This document shows positions 57,014 through 64,000 of a stretch of 64,000 bases of DNA, in pieces. Positions within the stretch are counted from its first letter, which is position 1; every line of letters starts with the position of its first letter. A program made the translations under genes and the position numbers. The stretch comes from TPA_inf: Saccharomyces (taxonomy: Eukaryota). The stretch spans positions 224,001 through 288,000 of the forward strand of contig BK006945.2 of assembly GCA_000146045.2 (NCBI GenBank). The letters are read 5' to 3'. A model generated the notes under the pieces. The model was not told where the DNA came from. It was given only the letters and a program-made list of their open reading frames with translations, and searched no databases.

Positions 57014-57018
57014 GGATG

Positions 57019-57621
57019 CTATGTGGAGAATGTAAGGCGTGGTAGCTCCGGATAATTCAGTCTGTAGGCTTCATCACGGGCAGTGGCCTGACTCTGAGAG
57101 CTTGCTCCGGTATTAAGTTGTGCGTTTGAAATTTTCTGGAAAAAAGAAATTGATTGGTTGAAGCTATACTCGTCGAAAGATTTCTTCGGCAGTGGTTGTT
57201 GCTCCACCTGCACGGGAGTTGTGTTTGCGTTTATGTTCGGCTTGGCTATATTATTAGCGAGTGATGTTTGCAATTTGCTGTATTGAGAATCAATTTGGGT
57301 GCGTAAGCTTTCAATAATTTTGCAGACCGCAGGCACTTCCAACTTTATGAGTTGCAGGTATTCTCTTTTATGAATATACGATGACGACGATGACGACGAC
57401 GCATCCATGCGCAAAAGCTCAGGGTGTCTAGATAGTTTGTTAGTCAATAAATCCACATATCTAAAATAATAAATAAACGACAGCGACAAGTCGTTGGCCT
57501 GGAACGCACACTGTGCCTTTTCCAATATGCCGATGCATGTTTTCAGGTAAATTCTCAATGGTATCGCCGGATTGAAGCGATAATCCTTAGCGTCCTGAAC
57601 CAATTGCTTACTAGACTTCAT
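57019..57621 (-). CDS. RFU1: Regulator of free ubiquitin chains 1, Doa4 inhibitor (YLR073C)
   Basis: 200-aa ORF MKSSKQLVQDAKDYRFNPAIPLRIYLKTCIGILEKAQCAF... Length and locus match RFU1. Confidence 0.8.
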   Translation of the reverse strand: MKSSKQLVQDAKDYRFNPAIPLRIYLKTCIGILEKAQCAFQANDLSLSFIYYFRYVDLLTNKLSRHPELLRMDASSSSSSSYIHKREYLQLIKLEVPAVCKIIESLRTQIDSQYSKLQTSLANNIAKPNINANTTPVQVEQQPLPKKSFDEYSFNQSISFFQKISNAQLNTGASSQSQATARDEAYRLNYPELPRLTFST

Positions 57622-57955
57622 GACCTACCGGGGCCAGATAAAGATGCGGAAGGAAGAGAAAAAATGTATAGTGGTTGGTGAACCGCAACAATAATTCGTG
57701 CCAACACTTTAATCGAAGCAAAAATTGTCTTGTATGTTATTAATATTATCTATCTAACCATTGATTTACGTATAAAACTGTCGATGCTCATCGCCTAGCA
57801 ATGAAAAAATTTTTTCTTTTTTTTTTCATTATTTCTCTTTGTTGCGTACTTTTTTTCATTGCGTTTCGCGGCAAAAGCGATTCGAGTTGACTGGAAGTGT
57901 GTTATACTATAAAAAGTGTATATGCCTATTTTTGGTTCTGATCTTTACTTTACTG

Positions 57956-58456
57956 TTAAGTACTGGCTGAGGCAGTAGACTCTGCCTCTGTTACGGCAGC
58001 GGTATTCGCCTCGGCATCAGCAGCCGCCCACGGTAGAGTAGGTTCTGTTGTTTTGACGTTTGCCAAGGTACTGTCCAAATGCTCCTTCAGCAAGGCCTCA
58101 TTACTTTCCTTCTCCGGACCCACCGATTGCGTGATCTCCTGTACACGGTTCAAGAACTTGTTCAAATTGTAGCCCGCAGCAGCATCAGAGACTTCTTGTG
58201 TGTAAGGGACACCCCTCAACTCCTTGACTCTTCTTTTGTGCACTTTGCCCTTTAAATGCGTTTTTAACGCTATAGCAGTCTCCATGTATTTGGCACAGTG
58301 TATGCAATAGTGCTGACCAAGGCCCGGTTTGGTTTCATCCAATGGCTGGTTCAGAAGCTTCTGTACTGATTCCTTGGTGGACAAATCGTTATAGATCAGG
58401 TCCAAGTCTCGTGTTCTTCTTTTAGTCTTGTATCTCTTCACCGAATATCTACCCAT
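57956..58456 (-). CDS. BUD20: C2H2 zinc-finger 60S pre-ribosome export factor (YLR074C)
   Basis: 166-aa ORF MGRYSVKRYKTKRRTRDLDLIYNDL... with a C2H2 finger HYCIHCAKYMETAIALKTHLKGKVHKRR. Confidence 0.88.
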   Translation of the reverse strand: MGRYSVKRYKTKRRTRDLDLIYNDLSTKESVQKLLNQPLDETKPGLGQHYCIHCAKYMETAIALKTHLKGKVHKRRVKELRGVPYTQEVSDAAAGYNLNKFLNRVQEITQSVGPEKESNEALLKEHLDSTLANVKTTEPTLPWAAADAEANTAAVTEAESTASAST

Positions 58457-58656
58457 GATGCGCTATTGTTTTATCTTCACTTGTCTGTGTGTTTAACTGC
58501 CTTTCAATTCACCTCATCTCATCTCCCGCTACTTTCCATATATAAAAGCAAAATTAATTTGCTTTTTCCCCTGTCAGTATAAAAAAATTTTCCGCAGGAT
58601 ATAGAAAAAAAAGAAATGAAATTATAGTAGCGGTTATTTCCGTGGGGTGCTTTTTT

Positions 58657-58725
58657 ACACCTGTACATCTTTTCCCTCCGTACATTTTTTTTATTTTTTT
58701 TTTTGGTTTTTTTTTTTCGATATTT
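58657..58725 (+). promoter_or_regulatory. Tandem Rap1-like sites plus a T-rich tract in the RPL10 promoter
   Basis: ACACCTGTACATC (58657-58669) and CCCTCCGTACATTT (58674-58687), followed by a T-rich run (58685-58725), about 200-270 bp upstream of the RPL10 ATG. Canonical RP promoter layout. Confidence 0.55.
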
Positions 58726-58926
58726 TTCCCTCCGAAACTAGTTAGCACAATAATGCTGACTAAGGAAACTTTTCATCTCAGAATTGATGGTCAGTTTGGT
58801 TTCTCTAGAGAATAGTTTATAAAAAGATGTTGATGTGGAGCAACCATTTATACATCCTTTCCGCAAGTGCTTTTGGAGTGGGACTTTCAAACTTTAAAGT
58901 ACAGTATATCAAATAACTAATTCAAG

Positions 58927-59592
58927 ATGGCTAGAAGACCAGCTAGATGTTACAGATACCAAAAGAACAAGCCTTACCCAAAGTCTAGATACAACAGAGC
59001 TGTTCCAGACTCCAAGATCAGAATCTACGATTTGGGTAAGAAGAAGGCTACCGTCGATGAATTCCCATTGTGTGTCCATTTGGTTTCCAACGAATTGGAA
59101 CAATTGTCTTCTGAAGCTTTGGAAGCTGCTCGTATCTGTGCCAACAAGTACATGACTACTGTCTCCGGTAGAGATGCTTTCCACTTAAGAGTCAGAGTCC
59201 ATCCTTTCCATGTCTTGAGAATCAACAAGATGTTGTCTTGTGCCGGTGCGGATAGATTGCAACAAGGTATGAGAGGTGCTTGGGGTAAGCCACACGGTTT
59301 GGCCGCTCGTGTCGACATTGGTCAAATTATCTTCTCTGTCAGAACCAAGGACAGCAACAAGGATGTTGTCGTTGAAGGTTTGAGAAGAGCCAGATACAAG
59401 TTCCCAGGTCAACAAAAGATTATTTTGTCTAAGAAGTGGGGTTTCACCAACTTGGACAGACCAGAATACTTGAAGAAGAGAGAAGCTGGTGAAGTCAAGG
59501 ACGACGGTGCTTTCGTTAAGTTCTTGTCCAAGAAGGGTTCTTTGGAAAACAACATCAGAGAATTCCCAGAATACTTTGCTGCTCAAGCTTAA
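58927..59592 (+). CDS. RPL10: 60S ribosomal protein L10 / uL16 (YLR075W)
   Basis: 221-aa [59 protein letters not shown]... The antisense 140-aa ORF 59185..59607 corresponds to the dubious YLR076C. Confidence 0.97.
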
Positions 59593-59871
59593 GTTCTTTT
59601 CAAACATTTGAACTAACTTAAAAGAGAAATTTTTTTGATTTAAATTCTAGTTTATTAAACAGTAAATATATTTATACATTATTGTAATACATATAATTAT
59701 GTGTTTTTTTAAAGTTCAGCATGTTGGGTAGTGATATATCCTGAAGTCAATGGACACTGTTGCTTTTTGTATACCAGCAGGAAAAAAAAAAGCCTGAGCT
59801 GCAGTAACGAAGAATTGTTGAATGCGTCTAACAAGAAAGGGAGCAATCGATAACAGGGACGTGCGCCGCTA

Positions 59872-61623
59872 ATGTCATTCAGATTATTCACGAGGACTTC
59901 TCAACGTCTCCCTCGCCTTAACTGGGTTAGTCCCATCAGGCGATACGCCAAACAACCTCAATACGATGAAGCAGAGTTGTTTGCAGAGAACATTAACCAT
60001 GGCGCATATAAAGCAAAGAAAAGGCCATCAGACGAGCATTTCCAATGGCCTGAGAAGTCTCCTGATCAGATCACAAAGGAATCTGAACTCCAATGGGAAA
60101 GGATGGCGAAATTATCTGCTGTTGGGCAAGGGATCCTCATTCTCGTGGTAGTGGGTGGGTTGGGAACGGCCTACTTGCGTTGGCCAGAATTAAAATCCTG
60201 GTGGTTAATCAAGATGAATGGCGGTCGCATAAATGCAACGCAAGAGCAAAGTGGACAGGATTCGTTGGAAAAATTGATCAGACAAAAGGCCAAAAATCTA
60301 TTAAGGGAGATTCCTCAAGTGCCTGCCTTTCAACTTGGAATAGATCATCCTGGTGTATACATATGGGGAAGGTGTCATTCTAAGGACTCATTGTTCCCTG
60401 TTAGAGTACCTAATTTGGATGGTCGTAAATTCAGAGATATCCTATTAGCTCCCTCTGACGATTTCAACACCAATTTTGCAATTGACGAGAAAGGCGATTT
60501 GATATCGTGGGATGATTTGGGACAAACAAAAACGATATTGCCAGATCAAGATTTGACCTCAATGAAGTATTCTAGTCACTTTTTGTACGCTTTGAATAAA
60601 AAGGGTGAAATATTGGTCATACCTATAAGAACGCCGGATCTGATAGCTTCGCAAGTATCATCAAGAAGGTCGAAATTGTTGCCATGGAAGACAAAACTAA
60701 GATATGATTGGAAATTACAAACAAATCAGATTTTCAACGGTAAGGAAGGAGAAAAACGTGTAGTACAATTTGACGCTGGTAGCCATCATCTGGTGTTGCT
60801 ATCTAATTTAGGTAAGGCTTATTGCTGCGCGACGGGAAATGATCAAAAACAAGCTCAAGTATCCAAAGGACAATTCGGTATACCAACATTCTCACAATTC
60901 GATGAGTTTCCTCCCAATAATCAACTATTCGAAATTGAACTGCTGAACAAATTTAAGCATGAAGGAGAAGACGTTGTCCGCAAAAGAGAAATTAAAAAGA
61001 TAGCTTGCGGGTCGTACCATACACTGGCAATAGATAAGACTGGTGAAATTTATGCCTTTGGCTGGAATAGGTTCGGCCAATTGGCACTACCTATTTCGTA
61101 CAATCTAGAATATGTTTCTTTCCCAAGATCGGTAACGCATGCATTTAAACCGCATTTCCCGGGGATGACGAATTGGAAATGTGTGGATATTCATTGTGAT
61201 GATGAAACATCGTTTGTGACCATTCGTAAGCCTGGCTCAACGTCAGACCATCATTATTTCGCGTTTGGTAATGGACTTTTTGGTGAATTGGGCAACAACA
61301 CTTTCAAGAACTCGCAATGTGATCCCATAAAAATCAAGTCGGATGACAAGAAATTGACCAACTGGAGTTGCGGCTCTCATTGTGTGTTCACTGAAACTGA
61401 ACAAGAAAACGAGGTCATTGCATGGGGTAATAACGACCATGGCCAACTAGGTATTGGAAAGAAAACTATGAAATGCGCTAAGCCAATGAACATTCCCGAA
61501 GTTCTCAAACCAGGACAAGACACGACAGATTTGGACTCAATTTATAACAGTAAATTACACTTAAAAAAGGAGCAACGTGTAGTCACCAATGGTAATAAAA
61601 GTTGCTTATACTGGCGGGTTTGA
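59872..61623 (+). CDS. FMP25: Mitochondrial inner-membrane protein with RCC1-like repeats (YLR077W)
   Basis: 583-aa ORF with an N-terminal presequence and one TM helix (GQGILILVVVGGLGTAYL). RCC1-type repeats include GSYHTLAIDKTGEIYAFGWNRFGQLA and GSHCVFTETEQ..VIAWGNNDHGQLG. Confidence 0.85.
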   Translation: MSFRLFTRTSQRLPRLNWVSPIRRYAKQPQYDEAELFAENINHGAYKAKKRPSDEHFQWPEKSPDQITKESELQWERMAKLSAVGQGILILVVVGGLGTAYLRWPELKSWWLIKMNGGRINATQEQSGQDSLEKLIRQKAKNLLREIPQVPAFQLGIDHPGVYIWGRCHSKDSLFPVRVPNLDGRKFRDILLAPSDDFNTNFAIDEKGDLISWDDLGQTKTILPDQDLTSMKYSSHFLYALNKKGEILVIPIRTPDLIASQVSSRRSKLLPWKTKLRYDWKLQTNQIFNGKEGEKRVVQFDAGSHHLVLLSNLGKAYCCATGNDQKQAQVSKGQFGIPTFSQFDEFPPNNQLFEIELLNKFKHEGEDVVRKREIKKIACGSYHTLAIDKTGEIYAFGWNRFGQLALPISYNLEYVSFPRSVTHAFKPHFPGMTNWKCVDIHCDDETSFVTIRKPGSTSDHHYFAFGNGLFGELGNNTFKNSQCDPIKIKSDDKKLTNWSCGSHCVFTETEQENEVIAWGNNDHGQLGIGKKTMKCAKPMNIPEVLKPGQDTTDLDSIYNSKLHLKKEQRVVTNGNKSCLYWRV

Positions 61624-61735
61624 GAAACGAAAGAGCATAGAAGGAAAGTAGCGAGATTCGCGATGTTTTTTCAACCCTTATAATGATGCATGTATATATG
61701 GTATGTTTATTTATATATAGAACTCACGGTTACTT

Positions 61736-62559
61736 CTATCTTAACCATTTCAACACATAATAAATACCTATGATCAAGAGAATTAACGCGATCCAAAAGA
61801 CTAGTTTATCTTTGAACACCCGTTTATTGATAGAGGTGATAGTTTGTTCCGAAACACCCAATGTTCTTAGGCCATTTGACATTCTATCTTGTACCTTGGA
61901 TAAAATTTTGTTTTGTTCCACTATATTTTCGAATGATTGTTGGCCCATTTCTAGAATGTAATCTAATTGAGCGTTACCCCTTTCGAAAACAGACTGTTCC
62001 TTTTGTAGCCCTTGGTACAACGGTAGTCCCCCACCGTTGCTAGAGCCCTCTTTACCATTTGCACTCGCACCACCAACGTTCCTTTTATTCATGATGGTCT
62101 CTGATGTACTAAAGGGGTTATCGGAGTCCATAACATGCGATGCTCCTGAGCCAAACAACTGAGTTCTGGAATTATTTTCGTTGTAGGATTGTTTTAAATC
62201 CTTAAACTTGGCAGTAAAGTCGTGCAGATCCTGTGTTAAAGTTGCTAGTCGATTAGCGAACTTAGGATCAATTTCCTCTGCATTAGTATCTTCTTTATAT
62301 CTGTTTAAATGTTCTGCATATTGCTTAACTGTTTTCTCCAGTGAGACCAGAGTTGCAGAGATGGACCCTTGTAAAGAAATAGGGGCGGTCACAGAATTCT
62401 TTTCAAACCTGGCCAACTCTTGTTGTAGTTGATTTTTTTGCTTCACAGCATGGTTGTAAAGAGCGTTCTATTTGATGGTAGTAGCAAAATACCCTGTTAG
62501 TATTACATCTTGTTTTAGCAATAATGAGAAAAGATGCCTCCGGCGATCAAACATACCAT
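61736..62559 (-). CDS. BOS1: v-SNARE for ER-Golgi transport, spliced: exon1 62557..62559 (ATG only), exon2 61736..62467 (YLR078C)
   Basis: Minus-strand GGAATG|GTATGTTTGATCG...GTAATACTAACAGGG...CATCAAATAG|AACGCTCTTTACAACCATGCTGTGAAGCAAAAAAATCAA. This gives [25 protein letters not shown]..., 244 aa, with a C-terminal TM anchor [22 protein letters not shown]. The track ORF starts at an internal GTG. Confidence 0.85.
62468..62556 (-). other. BOS1 intron (89 nt), immediately after the start codon
   Basis: GTATGT directly follows ATG. TACTAAC lies about 30 nt upstream of the 3' splice site TAG. Confidence 0.85.
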
Positions 62560-62653
62560 TCCCCCCTCAAATCAATATGATTAAGTCACGATAATATCTG
62601 CACTATTGCCGTGTTTCCTTCTCCATCGACAGCGTCGATCCTGTCTATTATAG

Positions 62654-62681
62654 CCAGCACACTGAAAATTTCAATGGCTGG
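62654..62681 (+). promoter_or_regulatory. Candidate Swi5/Ace2 sites (CCAGC / GCTGG) in the SIC1 promoter
   Basis: agCCAGCa (62654-62658) and tgGCTGGc (62677-62681), about 140-165 bp upstream of the SIC1 ATG. A TATA-like tatttataaaaag sits at about 62709. SIC1 is a known Swi5 target (established knowledge). Motifs called by eye. Confidence 0.4.
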
Positions 62682-62819
62682 CTTGTTGTTCGCGTCGCAA
62701 CTTTTGATATTTATAAAAAGAGAGAAGGCATATCCAAAGGATAAGGTATTGTCTTTGTAAATCAATCAACCAAACCTCTACGGAATTTTGACCCTTGAAG
62801 CAGGGACTATTACACGAAA

Positions 62820-63674
62820 ATGACTCCTTCCACCCCACCAAGGTCCAGAGGGACTAGGTACCTTGCGCAGCCTAGTGGCAATACTAGTTCTAGTGCCCTA
62901 ATGCAAGGTCAAAAGACCCCCCAAAAGCCTTCACAGAACCTAGTCCCTGTCACTCCCTCAACAACTAAGTCTTTTAAAAATGCGCCATTATTAGCACCTC
63001 CCAATTCGAACATGGGTATGACCTCTCCATTTAATGGGCTTACGTCTCCTCAACGCTCGCCGTTTCCAAAATCTTCAGTGAAGAGGACACTATTCCAATT
63101 TGAAAGTCATGATAATGGAACAGTAAGGGAAGAGCAGGAACCATTGGGTCGTGTAAATAGGATATTGTTTCCCACGCAGCAAAATGTGGATATAGATGCA
63201 GCAGAAGAAGAAGAAGAAGGAGAAGTTCTTCTTCCCCCCAGCAGACCTACATCTGCCAGGCAGTTACATTTATCACTTGAAAGAGATGAGTTTGATCAGA
63301 CACATAGAAAGAAGATTATTAAAGATGTACCTGGTACGCCCAGCGACAAGGTGATAACATTTGAATTGGCAAAAAATTGGAACAACAACTCTCCGAAAAA
63401 TGACGCCAGGAGTCAAGAAAGTGAAGACGAGGAAGACATCATCATCAATCCAGTGCGGGTGGGTAAAAATCCCTTTGCATCAGATGAACTGGTCACTCAG
63501 GAAATTAGAAATGAACGTAAAAGGGCAATGTTGAGAGAAAACCCAGATATAGAAGACGTAATAACATATGTCAATAAGAAGGGAGAGGTGGTAGAGAAAC
63601 GAAGGTTAACGGATGAAGAAAAGAGAAGATTCAAGCCAAAGGCATTGTTTCAATCTAGGGATCAAGAGCATTGA
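62820..63674 (+). CDS. SIC1: Cyclin-dependent kinase inhibitor of Cdc28-Clb (YLR079W)
   Basis: 284-aa ORF MTPSTPPRSRGTRYLAQPSGNTSSSALMQGQKTPQKPSQNLVPVTPSTTKSF... with multiple S/T-P phosphorylation sites. Confidence 0.93.
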   Translation: MTPSTPPRSRGTRYLAQPSGNTSSSALMQGQKTPQKPSQNLVPVTPSTTKSFKNAPLLAPPNSNMGMTSPFNGLTSPQRSPFPKSSVKRTLFQFESHDNGTVREEQEPLGRVNRILFPTQQNVDIDAAEEEEEGEVLLPPSRPTSARQLHLSLERDEFDQTHRKKIIKDVPGTPSDKVITFELAKNWNNNSPKNDARSQESEDEEDIIINPVRVGKNPFASDELVTQEIRNERKRAMLRENPDIEDVITYVNKKGEVVEKRRLTDEEKRRFKPKALFQSRDQEH

Positions 63675-63916
63675 AGAAATGAAAAAAAAAAGTTTCTGGA
63701 ACGATTATATTTTATTTACTTACTTATTCTACATTTATTTGCAAAGGGGCATTAACATCAACATTTTACATATTATAATATATACAGGATATTCTATATT
63801 ACAACATTAACAGGATTTTTAACTTTTCCTTACCGTATTCTTTTATTCTGGTTTTCTGTCTTCAGAATAATAGCATATTTCATTGTAGTATTTCGTCAAA
63901 GCGAGTTAGGGGAGGA

Positions 63917-64000
63917 TGACTACAAGAAAGACAGCTTCCTCTCTTCAGCTTTTAGGGAAAATCACAGGAACAAAAGCTGGAACTAAGCAAAAGAAGATGA
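63917..64000 (+). CDS. Possible 5' end of the next gene (truncated by the window edge)
   Basis: ATG at 63917 opens a frame (MTTRKTASSLQLLGKITGTKAGTKQKKM...) that runs to the window end without a stop, about 243 bp after the SIC1 stop. Only 28 codons are visible, so this is weak. Confidence 0.2.

Noticed and set aside
59185-59607. 140-aa ORF antisense to RPL10 (YLR076C-like), 125-aa ORF antisense to RPL22A exon 2 (39577..39954, BUD28-like), and 106-aa ORF antisense to AFB1 (5377..5697, YLR041W-like)
   Set aside because: All lie fully inside well-supported genes on the opposite strand and show no domain-like sequence. These are classic dubious ORFs.
1-64000. Signs of an engineered or synthetic chromosome (loxPsym sites after stop codons, TAG-to-TAA recoding, PCRTags)
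   Set aside because: No ATAACTTCGTATA-type sequences were seen after stop codons. Native TAG stops are present (FYV7).

Overview
This window reads as an ordinary, gene-dense stretch of Saccharomyces cerevisiae chromosome XII, running from COX12 (YLR038C) through SIC1 (YLR079W). I recognise about 39 protein-coding genes from their translated sequences, including PDC1, TRX1, STU2, ERG3, SHM2, MEF1, RGR1 and RPL10. Gene order, orientation and protein lengths match what I recall for this locus. Four genes are spliced, and a plain ORF scan misses their short first exons (RPS0B, OSW2, RPL22A, BOS1). For BOS1 the first exon is only the ATG codon. Intergenic regions carry typical yeast promoter architecture: tandem Rap1-like sites upstream of the three ribosomal-protein genes, sterol-response TCGTATA motifs upstream of ERG3, and Gcn4/Bas1-type motifs upstream of SHM2. 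There are also several homopolymer and microsatellite tracts. I found no tRNA, rRNA, CRISPR array, Ty/LTR, foreign insert or synthetic-genome signature, and TAG stop codons are present (FYV7 ends in TAG). I do not see a novel or undescribed system here. Three things deserve a second look. A CpG-rich, palindrome-containing segment lies in the SPT8-ERG3 intergenic region. The YLR046C reading frame extends upstream of the start I recall being annotated and includes a probable first transmembrane helix. The other observations are splice-site and promoter details. All identifications rest on reading the sequence and on memory of yeast proteins, and no database search was possible.
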